57,252 nucleotides of DNA from Verrucomicrobiota bacterium (lineage in GTDB: Bacteria; Verrucomicrobiota; Verrucomicrobiia; Chthoniobacterales; UBA10450): positions 1 to 57,252 of the forward strand of contig JBKPRQ010000155.1 of assembly GCA_046734635.1 (NCBI GenBank), in the 5' to 3' direction. This document shows positions 36,718 through 46,147 of this stretch, piece after piece; position 1 is the stretch's first letter, and the number at the start of each line of letters is the position of its first letter. The notes under the pieces were generated by a model. The model did no database searches, had not been told where the DNA came from, and saw only the letters and a list, made by a program, of their open reading frames with translations. The translations under genes and the position numbers were made by a program.

Positions 36718-37674
36718 CTAGTCAGCACTGTCGGTTGCGAGCTCGACTACTTCTTTGGCGCAGCCCCAGGAGAGCGTGAATCCCGAGCCGCCGTGGCCGT
36801 AGTTGTGGATGACGGTGCGACCGTCGTCCAAGTGAGCGCACTCGAGGCGAACGCCTGATTTGCGAAACGGGCGCAGTCCGACGCGCTCCGCGAGAACATT
36901 CGGTTTGTCGATCTTCAATACCCGGCTGCACTCAACGACCATTCGCGCGGTTGTTGCGGAATCGACGGCAAGATCGTTGCTGAGATCGTTCGTCCCTCCG
37001 AAGACACAATCGTTTCTGCGCGGTATCGCGTACATCAACGGGGCGTCGTCACAAACGACGGCGTATGAAAGATCTTTGATCGTCGGCACAATCGCCACCT
37101 GGCCACGGTGTGGCTGAAGATCGGCATCCCTGGCGAGTTCGCGGGCGCCGATTCCGGCGCAGTTAATCACAACATCAAATTTTGCATCGACATCTTCGAG
37201 CTTTTCGAAGCGCACGTTTTCGGTGATTTCACCGTCTGCTTTCAGAAATCGCGCGGCCAGATAGTCGAGATAAATCGTCGTGTCCGTCAGTGGAACCGTA
37301 ATTGCAAAGCCACTGGTAAATTCACGGGGTCTCTCGACCTCGCTCGGGATGACTGAAGCCCCGACCGGAATCGCCCAATCTGGAATTTGAATTTCTTCAG
37401 TGCGCGAAAATTGATGGAGCTCGATTATGGAAACACCGCTGTCGGGATCACGAGCTAGGTCGATGAGAACCCGCCGAGTCTGGAGCCCCCAAGGGATCAC
37501 TTTGTCCGCGGGCTCTACATCGTACGGAAACCAGAGCGCGGCAGCGGCTCCGGATGTTGTTCGCTGGCCGATTTCTTTGGCGAAGATCACAGTCCGGTAT
37601 CCACGCTCGGCGAAAACGACTCCGCAGGTAAGGCCTGAAACGCCGGCGCCCACGATTCCCACACGATGGTTCAT
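36718..37674 (-). CDS. FAD-dependent D-amino-acid oxidase
   Basis: N-terminal dinucleotide fold VGIVGAGVSGLT and C-terminal DAAO signature HNYGHGGSGFTLSWGCA. Confidence 0.8.
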   Translation of the reverse strand: MNHRVGIVGAGVSGLTCGVVFAERGYRTVIFAKEIGQRTTSGAAAALWFPYDVEPADKVIPWGLQTRRVLIDLARDPDSGVSIIELHQFSRTEEIQIPDWAIPVGASVIPSEVERPREFTSGFAITVPLTDTTIYLDYLAARFLKADGEITENVRFEKLEDVDAKFDVVINCAGIGARELARDADLQPHRGQVAIVPTIKDLSYAVVCDDAPLMYAIPRRNDCVFGGTNDLSNDLAVDSATTARMVVECSRVLKIDKPNVLAERVGLRPFRKSGVRLECAHLDDGRTVIHNYGHGGSGFTLSWGCAKEVVELATDSAD

Positions 37675-37725
37675 TCGGAATCATCTACGTGCAATCGACT
37701 AGCGCGTCATATAAAATGGCGGGCG

Positions 37726-38817
37726 ATGGTTTCTTTAAATCGAGATGGACTGACTGAAAAAGTGCTCGCGGGTGAACGAATCTCAACCGACGCGGCGCTT
37801 GAATTATATCGCTGGCCGCTGGAGGAGCTGGGCGCGCTAGCCAATAGGAGGCGCGATTTGGTAAAAGCGAAAAGTTACGCCGGACGTGGACGTGAGATCG
37901 TCACCTACATCGTCGATCGAAACATTAATTACACGAACGTTTGCAATGTTTACTGCAAGTTCTGCGCATTTTATCGAACCGAGAAAGATGAAGATCATTA
38001 CGTACTCTCGTTCGAGCAAATCGATCAGAAGCTGGACGAACTTTCCTCGGTTGGTGGTGTTCAAATCCTAATGCAGGGGGGGCATCATCCGAAGTTGCCG
38101 TTCCAATGGTACGTCGATCTGCTGCGTCACATCCGGGAAAAATATCCCCACATCAATATTCACGGATTCAGTCCGCCTGAGTTTCAACATTTCGCCGAGA
38201 CATTTCGAATGCCGCTGCGCGAAGTGATTTCAGAATTTAAGAACGCCGGACTTGGATCGATTCCTGGCGGCGGCGGGGAAATTCTGGTTGATCGGGTGCG
38301 GAGGAAAATTTCGCCGTTGAAAATTAATAGCGACGAATGGTTGGAGGTGATGCAAACCGCACATGAGCTCGGATTGAAATCCAGCGCGACCATGATGTTT
38401 GGACACGTGGAAACCATTGAAGACCGGGTCGAACATTTGCTGCGCATCCGTGATCAACAGGACCGCAGCGGTGGATTTACGGCGTTCATCTGCTGGACAT
38501 TTCAACCTCAGCACACGGTCTTGAAGACCAAACACCCAACCGGCGTGGCAGAATATCTGCGCACGCAGGCACTGGCCCGCATTTTTTTGGACAACATCGA
38601 AAACATCCAAAGCTCCTGGGTAACGCAGGGGCCGGAGATCGGTCAGATCGCGCTCCGATACGGTGCGAACGATTTCGGATCGGTAATGATGGAAGAGAAC
38701 GTTGTCAGCAGCGCCGGCACAACATTTCGATTGGATGCCCCGCAAATTGAATCGCTTATTCGCGACGCAGGTTACGAACCGCGCAGGCGAAATAACTGGT
38801 ATGAACTTTTGAATTGA
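37726..38817 (+). CDS. Radical SAM enzyme of the futalosine menaquinone pathway (MqnC/MqnE family)
   Basis: DRNINYTNVCNVYCKFCAFYR (CxxxCxxC), and later PGGGGEIL. I cannot separate MqnC from MqnE by eye. The track start at 37666 overlaps the divergent DAO gene; Met at 37726 is preferred. Confidence 0.85.
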   Translation: MVSLNRDGLTEKVLAGERISTDAALELYRWPLEELGALANRRRDLVKAKSYAGRGREIVTYIVDRNINYTNVCNVYCKFCAFYRTEKDEDHYVLSFEQIDQKLDELSSVGGVQILMQGGHHPKLPFQWYVDLLRHIREKYPHINIHGFSPPEFQHFAETFRMPLREVISEFKNAGLGSIPGGGGEILVDRVRRKISPLKINSDEWLEVMQTAHELGLKSSATMMFGHVETIEDRVEHLLRIRDQQDRSGGFTAFICWTFQPQHTVLKTKHPTGVAEYLRTQALARIFLDNIENIQSSWVTQGPEIGQIALRYGANDFGSVMMEENVVSSAGTTFRLDAPQIESLIRDAGYEPRRRNNWYELLN

Positions 38818-38861
38818 AGGAGCGGCCCGCATATGGCCAAATCGCCTGCCTAAATCTCACC

Positions 38862-38890
38862 TTGACGACTGACCCCTTCTTTCCGATATA
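38862..38890 (+). promoter_or_regulatory. Candidate sigma70-type promoter upstream of bamA
   Basis: TTGACG (38862-38867), a 17-nt spacer, then GATATA (38885-38890), about 50 nt upstream of the bamA ATG. This is a pattern match only. Confidence 0.25.
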
Positions 38891-38940
38891 GCCGCCTGTC
38901 CTGCGTGGGCTCGCTTACGCGGGGCCGCGCTTCTTAACCT

Positions 38941-41277
38941 ATGAGATATTTTTCTGGATGGATGCGCCCCCCGCCGTTTGCAATCTGGGCCGCTTCGATT
39001 TGCGCGCTGCTTGGCGCCACCTTGGCGCGGGCACAGGCACCGCAGGCGCCGCCGCAGGGGCCTCCCATCGTGCGCTCGATTGACGTCGAATACACAGGAC
39101 CTGGCACGGTCAGCAAGGAACGAATTCTCGCCCAGATGCGGACCAGAGTGGGCCAGCCGTATTCCAACGAGGTGGTCGAGCAGGATATTGCCGCTCTTTA
39201 CAAGACCGGCTCGATTCAAAACGTTCGCATTTTTGCTCAGCCGCAAGGCGATGGATTACGGGTGATCGTCGCTGTGCAAACGCGTTCAGTCCTGCGCGAG
39301 ATCGTAATTGACGGCGCCGAGCGCGTGAAAGCACAAAGGCTGCGCAAAGAAATCAAATTGAGACTGAACCAACCGGTTAACGAACAGCAACTCGAAGAAG
39401 CCCGGCAGAAAATTATCGAAGTTTATCAGGGGCGCGGCTTCACCGACGTCAGCGTCCAATTTCGAGTGGATCCGATTGACGAGAAACACGGGACAGCGCG
39501 GGTCGTTTACACGATCACTGAGGGAGCAAAGGGCGCAGTGCGCCAGATTAATTTCGAAGGAAACACGCATTTTAGCACCAGGGTGCTGCGCAAACAGATG
39601 AAGACGCGCGGCAAGACCCCCATTTATTTCCTGGATAAATCCGGCCGCCTGGATGAAGCGCAGTTGCAACAGGATCTCGACAAGATCCGCGAATTCTACC
39701 AGGACCACGGCTACATCGACGTCGAAGTCAAAGACGTGCGCAGGGAACGCATGGAGAAGGGCCCCATGATTCTTACTATCGCCGTGGTCGAAGGTCCGCA
39801 GTATCACGTGCGCAAACTGACCGTTACAGGTTATGAGAATACGACCGAGGAAAGGGTTCGTGTTCTGCTAAAAATGAAGGAAGGCAGTGTCTATTCGCCC
39901 AAGCAGTTGCGCGATGACGCCAAGGCATTGGCCGATGCTTACGGCAGTGGCGGCTATGTCGATACCGTGATCCAGCCCGAGGGCATGCCGGCCGGTCCTG
40001 CTTTGATCGATGTGCACTATAGTATTGAGGAAGGCGTTCGCTCGTTTGTAAATCGAGTCAATGTCGAGGGAAACACCCGCACGAAAGACAAAGTCATCCG
40101 CCGCGAAGTGCTCGTCGCGCCGGGCGACGTCTTCAACACCGTGCGCGTGGACATCACCAAGAAGCGTCTCGAGAACCTCGGGTATTTTGCAAAAGTTGAG
40201 ACTTATCCAGAAGAGACTGAGATTCCCGGGCGCAAGGATCTCACCATCCTCGTGCAGGAAAAGCGGACCGGTTCGCTTAGTTTCGGCGGTGGGTACAGCA
40301 CAGTCGATCAGTTGGTTGGCTTCGCGGAACTTACACAAGGCAATTTCGATCTTTTCAACTGGCCTTCATTTACCGGAGGAGGCCAAAAATTCAGGCTGCG
40401 CATCCAGTACGGCACGGAACGAAAGGACTTCGTTCTCTCGATAACCGAACCGTATTTCCTGGATCGGCGATTGTCATTGAACGGCCAGGCGTTTTTTAAC
40501 GAGGCAAACTATCTGAGCGCCGAGTACAACCAGAGGAACTACGGATTTGCCTTCGAATTACGCAAACCGATCAATGCTTATACATCTGCAACATTGGGGT
40601 ACATGTTGCAGGACATCGATATTTACGATGTGGCCATTAGCGCATCTGATTTCATCCAATCGCAAAAGGGCTCGTTTACTGAGAGCAAGATTTTCGGCGG
40701 CGTCGTGTTCGACTCGCGCGACAATCCGTTGCTCACGCGCCGGGGACGACGCATCAACTTTTCGCCCTATATCGCAGGCGGTCCTCTTGGAGGCGACGTT
40801 CAGATTTACGGATTGGATCTTGAAGCGTCGCAATATTTTCACCTTCCGTGGGACACCATACTCGTGATCAACGGCGAAGTCGCCACCGTGAGCCAGTGGG
40901 GAAACGGGGATGATGTACCAGTTTTCGAGCGGCTTTACCTGGGCGGTTCAAATAACCTGCGCGGATTTCCCTATCGCGAAGTGGGACCGCAAGATGAGAA
41001 TGGCGAACCAACTGGCGGAAAGACGATGTGGCGCACGACGATTGAATGGACTTTCCCGATCATCGAAAAAGCCCGCGGAGCAGTTTTTTACGATACCGGT
41101 TTCGTGAACAGCGAAGAGTGGTCTTTCGGCTTCAACCATATCGCCTCGGATATCGGTATTGGACTTCGACTTGATCTGCCGATCGGCCCGTTGCGCCTCG
41201 ATTATGGATATCCGCTACAGCGTGACGGATATCACGGCGGCGGTCGTTTCAACTTCAACGTGGGTTATCAATTTTGA
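38941..41277 (+). CDS. bamA: Outer membrane protein assembly factor BamA (Omp85)
   Basis: 778 aa with a signal peptide, five POTRA-like repeats (I..I.VEGN... pattern), a C-terminal beta-barrel, and a terminal aromatic residue (...NFNVGYQF). Confidence 0.9.
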   Translation: MRYFSGWMRPPPFAIWAASICALLGATLARAQAPQAPPQGPPIVRSIDVEYTGPGTVSKERILAQMRTRVGQPYSNEVVEQDIAALYKTGSIQNVRIFAQPQGDGLRVIVAVQTRSVLREIVIDGAERVKAQRLRKEIKLRLNQPVNEQQLEEARQKIIEVYQGRGFTDVSVQFRVDPIDEKHGTARVVYTITEGAKGAVRQINFEGNTHFSTRVLRKQMKTRGKTPIYFLDKSGRLDEAQLQQDLDKIREFYQDHGYIDVEVKDVRRERMEKGPMILTIAVVEGPQYHVRKLTVTGYENTTEERVRVLLKMKEGSVYSPKQLRDDAKALADAYGSGGYVDTVIQPEGMPAGPALIDVHYSIEEGVRSFVNRVNVEGNTRTKDKVIRREVLVAPGDVFNTVRVDITKKRLENLGYFAKVETYPEETEIPGRKDLTILVQEKRTGSLSFGGGYSTVDQLVGFAELTQGNFDLFNWPSFTGGGQKFRLRIQYGTERKDFVLSITEPYFLDRRLSLNGQAFFNEANYLSAEYNQRNYGFAFELRKPINAYTSATLGYMLQDIDIYDVAISASDFIQSQKGSFTESKIFGGVVFDSRDNPLLTRRGRRINFSPYIAGGPLGGDVQIYGLDLEASQYFHLPWDTILVINGEVATVSQWGNGDDVPVFERLYLGGSNNLRGFPYREVGPQDENGEPTGGKTMWRTTIEWTFPIIEKARGAVFYDTGFVNSEEWSFGFNHIASDIGIGLRLDLPIGPLRLDYGYPLQRDGYHGGGRFNFNVGYQF

Positions 41278-41332
41278 ACGAATATATGTGGTTGCAGTCT
41301 AACGCGATTCCGAGCACTGTATCCTCCATTTT

Positions 41333-41965
41333 ATGAAAAAGTCTCTGTCTACAATGCTTGCATTGACCCTGGCGTTTCCGATTGCGGCCCTCGCACAAGG
41401 CACAATGAAAATCGGAACAGTTGATATGCAGCGCGCGTTCAAGGAATACAACAAGACCAAGGAAGCCGAAGTAAAAATTAATGACGCCAAAAATTCCGCC
41501 AAAAAAGAATACGATGATCGAGCGGAGGCTTACAAAAAGGCCTTGGACGAAATCAATAATCTGAACAAGCAGCTGGAGTCGCCAGCCCTGAGCGCAGATA
41601 AGAAGACTCAAACGGCAAAGGAACGGGACGACAAGATCGCCAACATCAAAAACATGGAGCGTGAGATCAGCGATTTCCGTCAAACTCGCGAACGACAATT
41701 ACAGGAACAGTTGATGCGCGTGCGAGAAGGAATCGTTAAGGAAATCACCGATGTGGTGCTGGAGAAGGTAAAAACCAATCATTTCGATATGGTGTTCGAC
41801 AAATCGGGCATGAGCATTAACGGTGTCCCGATCTTGTTGTATGCGCCGGACAATGTCGATTTTACCAACGACATCATCGCCGTGCTCAACAAGCCAGGAC
41901 GCGCTGCAAGCTCAACTGCGAAAGCAAATCCATCAGCCAGCCCGGCAAAGGCCGCCAAGCCTTAA
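41333..41965 (+). CDS. skp: OmpH/Skp-family periplasmic chaperone
   Basis: Signal peptide, KIGTVDMQRAFKEY, and long Lys/Glu coiled-coil arms. It lies directly downstream of bamA. Confidence 0.85.
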   Translation: MKKSLSTMLALTLAFPIAALAQGTMKIGTVDMQRAFKEYNKTKEAEVKINDAKNSAKKEYDDRAEAYKKALDEINNLNKQLESPALSADKKTQTAKERDDKIANIKNMEREISDFRQTRERQLQEQLMRVREGIVKEITDVVLEKVKTNHFDMVFDKSGMSINGVPILLYAPDNVDFTNDIIAVLNKPGRAASSTAKANPSASPAKAAKP

Positions 41966-41986
41966 CATTTAGATTCACAATTTGGA

Positions 41987-42020
41987 AATACACGCGAGCT
42001 AAACTCGCGTGTATTTTTTT
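41987..42020 (+). terminator. Rho-independent terminator after skp
   Basis: Perfect 12-bp stem AATACACGCGAG-ctaaa-CTCGCGTGTATT followed by TTTTT. Confidence 0.85.
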
Positions 42021-42026
42021 GTACGA

Positions 42027-42899
42027 ATGAAAAGCAGCGCGCCACGCGAAAAGGAAACGATTAATCAGCACGTGCGGTCTGCGAAAATATCGATTCTAAT
42101 CCGACCTCGGGTTTTGCTGGCGATCTTTGCGTTTCTCGCATTCTGCTCCAGTTCGCTCGCGGGGAATTGGGAGGCGACACTCAGCAAAGATCCGGCCGGA
42201 AATTTTCCTGAACTGCGCCCTTTGCGTGCCTCCTACCGCTTCGGGTGGTCGGGGCTTACGGCAGCTACCGGAGATGTCCACTTTACAAAGCCATCTGCAG
42301 ACAAGCTTCAACTCGATGGGACCGGCCGAACCATCGGCCTGGTTCGGGCGTTGTGGAAATTCGACGTCAATTATCGAGCAACCGCCAGTGCCGGGACGTT
42401 GCAACCGATCGAAACCGAGCAAATCGAAAATTATCGATCAAAGAAAGTTGTCACTCATCTCACTTTCACAAATAACGGAGTGACGCGTGTGAGAACAGAG
42501 GGTAAAGCCGCAGCCGAAGCCAAGACTCGCCAGTTTAATTTCCCCAATCTCTTCGACCTATTTTCGGCCATGCTTTATCTACGCAGTCAGCCGCTTAAAA
42601 ACGGTAGCGTTTACCGTGTGGTGGCGTATCCCGCCACGAATGCTTACCTTGCTACCGTCACGGTAGCTGGCCACGAAAAAATCTCGGTGCACGCTGGCAA
42701 TTACAGCGCAATTAAACTCGAGTTGCAGCTCAAGCGGATTGGCAAGCAACGCCAATTAGAACCGCACCGGAAGTTTCGTCGCGCTATTATTTGGGTATCG
42801 GATGATGCCGAACGACTTCTGCTTCGTATTGAAGCGCAGGTCTTCGTCGGCACTGTTTTTGCCGAACTGCAATCGACGCACTTCGACAATCCTCAATAG
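42027..42899 (+). CDS. Secreted protein, tentatively DUF3108-like
   Basis: The track start (GTG 42009) lies inside the skp terminator, so ATG 42027 is preferred. Signal-like LLAIFAFLAFCSSSLA, then a beta-rich domain. The family call is tentative. Confidence 0.6.
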   Translation: MKSSAPREKETINQHVRSAKISILIRPRVLLAIFAFLAFCSSSLAGNWEATLSKDPAGNFPELRPLRASYRFGWSGLTAATGDVHFTKPSADKLQLDGTGRTIGLVRALWKFDVNYRATASAGTLQPIETEQIENYRSKKVVTHLTFTNNGVTRVRTEGKAAAEAKTRQFNFPNLFDLFSAMLYLRSQPLKNGSVYRVVAYPATNAYLATVTVAGHEKISVHAGNYSAIKLELQLKRIGKQRQLEPHRKFRRAIIWVSDDAERLLLRIEAQVFVGTVFAELQSTHFDNPQ

Positions 42900-42944
42900 C
42901 GCATGAACCTTGCTGCCGCGGCGAGCCGTTACGCTCAGGCTACG

Positions 42945-43679
42945 TCACTCGGGCACCCATTCGCCGCGAACTGGCGGACCGGGCGGGGGACGCCAACGTC
43001 TGTGGGAGGGATCGTAAAATGGTTGACGTGGTTGCGGTAACAACCGAAGCGCGGCGAGCGTTTGCAGATCAAGCCGGCCTGTCACCGGAAGTTGTGTCCG
43101 TGCTTGATACGCTCGCAGGGAAAACTCCATTGCCGGCCCGTAGATTCCATTGACCTCTTCCTGATAAAGTCCCCGCCGCGCCAGCGCGATTTGAGCAGAA
43201 ACAATCACATTGTGTTGCACCTCGGGCGGGGCAGCTTCAAAAGGCGTCTGCGCGAGGACTCCGGCCGCAGAAGTAGGTGGGGCGACCGGGTTGGAGGGAT
43301 ACACTTGCTGCTCTTGCGGCGCATTCGTAAAAGGCTCGACAGGTGGCGGCGTTACGTTCGTTCCTCCGATTGGCGATTGTTCGGCAGGTTTGGATAAAGC
43401 GGGGCCGGGTGACGCAGGCTTTGCCGCCGTTTGGGGAGAAGAAGAGTTAACTCCCAGCGACTGAATCGTCTCACCGTTGAGCTGACCGTTGACCTGCAGT
43501 CCACTGCGAATTTGATAACGACGAATGGCCGCCGTTAAATCCGAACTCGTCTGACCGGTGATCTCACCGTAGTAAAAGCCCTGGTCTTTCAAGGCTTGCT
43601 GCACTTTTTCAATCATCTGGTCCGCTTGCGCCAGCATAAGCGAGCCAAGGAAGATCAGCGCAGCGATCCTGGCCTTCAT
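42945..43679 (-). CDS. Secreted protein with two peptidoglycan-binding (PG_binding_1) domains
   Basis: Signal peptide, LKDQGFYYGEITGQTSSDLTAAIRRYQIRSGLQVNGQLNGETIQSLG, a Pro-rich linker, then LARRGLYQEEVNGIYGPAMEFSLRAYQARTQLPVTGRLDLQTLAAL. Confidence 0.8.
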   Translation of the reverse strand: MKARIAALIFLGSLMLAQADQMIEKVQQALKDQGFYYGEITGQTSSDLTAAIRRYQIRSGLQVNGQLNGETIQSLGVNSSSPQTAAKPASPGPALSKPAEQSPIGGTNVTPPPVEPFTNAPQEQQVYPSNPVAPPTSAAGVLAQTPFEAAPPEVQHNVIVSAQIALARRGLYQEEVNGIYGPAMEFSLRAYQARTQLPVTGRLDLQTLAALRLLPQPRQPFYDPSHRRWRPPPGPPVRGEWVPE

Positions 43680-43711
43680 TGTGATGTTATTTTGACGCCC
43701 TTGTTTTCCGT

Positions 43712-44512
43712 CTATTCAGCGCTCTCCCGAATTGTTACCGCCAACGTTGGTTTCCGCTGATTCATCGCATCGCGATAACGCAAAATACCGTCAGCAACGG
43801 CTGCGGCGATCTGGTCGCGGTAATCTTCGCTTACAAGTTTGGAAATATCTTCCTTGTTGGTCAGAAATCCTCCTTCGATCAAGACGGCAGGGGAAGTCAC
43901 GTTTGCGATCACAAAAAATTGTCCGGGCTGTGTGCCACGATTATTGGCCCGTGTGCGTGCGACCAGAGCTTCTTGAATGAATCCAGCAAGGCTTTGACTT
44001 TCAGGATTCGGCGACTCGGAGAGTGGTCGCCATAAAAAAGGCAGCCACGAAGCGACAGAAGACCCGGTGGTGATTTGATGCGAGGCATAGTAAGTCTCCA
44101 CCCCGCTGGCGACCGGTTTGTTGTCTTCGTTGAAATGAATGCTGACGAAAATGCAATTTCTGATGCGATTAGCGAACGCCGCGCGATCTGCCAGCGAGAC
44201 ATAAGTATCTCCCAGGCGAGTCATCAATGTCGCGATTCCTTCGGAGTCGAGTAATCGATCAATTCGTCGTGCCACGTCGAGAGCGAGATCTTTTTCGAGT
44301 AAGCCTCCGCACATTGCACCGGAATCCTGCCCTCCGTGCCCGGGATCAAGAACGACTACTGCAAACGGACCGGCTGCAGCCGCGGGCTGCGCTGGTCTCG
44401 GCTCTGTGGCAGCCGACTTAGCTCTTTCCGTCTGGTCGAACTGCATCCAGACGAAAGACGCCATCATCACCAACAAGCCAGAGAGAGCCAGGATATTCCG
44501 AAGCGATTTCAC
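43712..44512 (-). CDS. N-acetylmuramoyl-L-alanine amidase (Amidase_3, AmiC-like)
   Basis: VVLDPGHGGQDSGA, SIHFN, and VLIEGGFLTNKED; signal peptide present. Confidence 0.85.
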   Translation of the reverse strand: MKSLRNILALSGLLVMMASFVWMQFDQTERAKSAATEPRPAQPAAAAGPFAVVVLDPGHGGQDSGAMCGGLLEKDLALDVARRIDRLLDSEGIATLMTRLGDTYVSLADRAAFANRIRNCIFVSIHFNEDNKPVASGVETYYASHQITTGSSVASWLPFLWRPLSESPNPESQSLAGFIQEALVARTRANNRGTQPGQFFVIANVTSPAVLIEGGFLTNKEDISKLVSEDYRDQIAAAVADGILRYRDAMNQRKPTLAVTIRESAE

Positions 44513-44546
44513 TTGTGACCTCCGGACAATGATTTTTTCCCATATC

Positions 44547-45326
44547 TTAGTCGCGGATCAAGGGACGTAATTCATTGTCTGACAGCGAACGATAGCGAAT
44601 TGCGCGGCCGGCGTCACGCTCAAGCAATGCCCCTTCGATTGCAGCATTGGCGAGCTGTTCCTGTAGATGTTTTCTTACGGCCGCGCGCTCTGGTGGTTCC
44701 TTTGTATCGGTGGTTTGTAAAGTCATATGCCCGATGCTCCATGCATCGAGCGCGGAGTTGAACGCTGTCTCGAGGTTGGCGCCCGTCGCGTGCTGCGTCG
44801 CAAGAAATGTTTCCATCAGCTCTCTCGACTGCTGTGTCCCGCTGAGTGCAGCGAAGTCCCGCCGCGCTTGAGCGTGCGTTGCGCCGTTGGTCGCAATCTC
44901 ACCGTCGTATTCTACTCGTAAAAACAAATCCCCCTCGGGATGTTGTGCGACCTCCGCAAAGAGCATTCGCGCTAGGTATGGTGGCCCATAAATCTGTTCA
45001 AATGCGGTCTTCATGACCGGACTGAGCGAGTAATGCACGAGCCGTCGCAACGAAACATCCGCCGCGGAACGGGTGAAGCCTTCAGTGCTCGCCAGTTCGA
45101 TCGCCGCCATTCGCAGTCGTTCGATGTCGCCGGGATGACCAATCGCACCCATCCCAATCCGGTCGTAGATCTCAAAAATCTTCTGGCGCGTCTGGCCGAG
45201 CGTAACAAACAAAATACCGTCGCGAAAACCCAGCGCTGCGATTGGACTGCCCGGAGCGAGCTGCGCTTCGATATACTCGCGACGATTCGCGATCGCTTCG
45301 ACCCAACGATACGGTTCTTCAATCAT
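44547..45326 (-). CDS. prcA: 20S proteasome alpha subunit (bacterial PrcA type)
   Basis: MIEEPYRWVEAIANRREYIEAQLAPGSPIAALGFRDGILFVTLG...KIFEIYDRIGMGAIGHPGD... is collinear with actinobacterial PrcA as I recall it (PY..E.A...R.E...IA...VAL.Y..GVLFV...KI.E.YDR.GFAAAG). Its start overlaps the prcB stop (ATGA). Confidence 0.8.
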   Translation of the reverse strand: MIEEPYRWVEAIANRREYIEAQLAPGSPIAALGFRDGILFVTLGQTRQKIFEIYDRIGMGAIGHPGDIERLRMAAIELASTEGFTRSAADVSLRRLVHYSLSPVMKTAFEQIYGPPYLARMLFAEVAQHPEGDLFLRVEYDGEIATNGATHAQARRDFAALSGTQQSRELMETFLATQHATGANLETAFNSALDAWSIGHMTLQTTDTKEPPERAAVRKHLQEQLANAAIEGALLERDAGRAIRYRSLSDNELRPLIRD

Positions 45327-46147
45327 GCAACCGTTTCCTTGAACACCGCGGCAATTTTGCTCTCCGGCAACGTTGTGATTCCTTCGCGCGATACAATCTT
45401 GATAAGCGGATAAATCTTTCCACTGCGATCGACGCCGCCTGTCGATGTGTCGGATTCCGCAGCGGTATCCAATGCGCGCAACGCGATAGATACCGCTTCG
45501 TCATCGCCCAATTCAAGTAGCGGCTTTGCTCCCCAATTGTTTTCGTAATAAAGAATGCCGCGCACCGCCGGCGATCCCGACCCCGTCGCTGCGTAATCAG
45601 TTACTTCAAATTGTGCGCCCATTGCGTCGTAAAAATAAAGACGCGCCTCGGGCTTGGGATGAGAATCGTATGTCGCAAAGATCGGCACCACGACCCCCAC
45701 GCCCTGCATGACGAACCCGAAATTGTCGCGCAACAGCTTGGATAGGGCGCGCACTTTTCCGTCTACGCTCATTTCCTGCAGTTGTGTTCGCCGAAAGTAT
45801 TGGAATGAGTGTTCGAGCACGCGCGCCATTTCCCACGCCGTTGCCGGCACACCAGCAATCGCCATGATCGAGTGCCGATCAATCTCCAAAACCTTGTCGG
45901 CGCGATCATACACGACCGTGTTACCAGCTGTCGCCCGACGGTCGCCGGCGACGAGGACGCCGCCTGAAAATTTGAAAGCGAGAATCGTGGTTGCTTCCGT
46001 TGGCTGCCAGCTCTTTTGGGAAGTCCCTGCCTGGGGTAGAGGATTTACAGCCGCCGGAGCGAGCAGGCCTTCGCGGCGCAGCAGCGCAGGGAAATCGCCG
46101 GCTGCGCCAGAGAAATTCTGGTCAAACGCCACCTGGGAGCGCTCCAT
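45323..46147 (-). CDS. prcB: 20S proteasome beta subunit with propeptide (PrcB type)
   Basis: A 52-aa propeptide, then the mature N-terminus TTILAFKFSGGVLVAGDRRATAGNTVVYDRADKV, giving Thr1, Asp17 and Lys33. TGSGS lies further on. The track start at 46381 is rejected; Met at 46147 overlaps the stop of the upstream small ORF (TAATG). Confidence 0.85.
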   Translation of the reverse strand: MERSQVAFDQNFSGAAGDFPALLRREGLLAPAAVNPLPQAGTSQKSWQPTEATTILAFKFSGGVLVAGDRRATAGNTVVYDRADKVLEIDRHSIMAIAGVPATAWEMARVLEHSFQYFRRTQLQEMSVDGKVRALSKLLRDNFGFVMQGVGVVVPIFATYDSHPKPEARLYFYDAMGAQFEVTDYAATGSGSPAVRGILYYENNWGAKPLLELGDDEAVSIALRALDTAAESDTSTGGVDRSGKIYPLIKIVSREGITTLPESKIAAVFKETVA

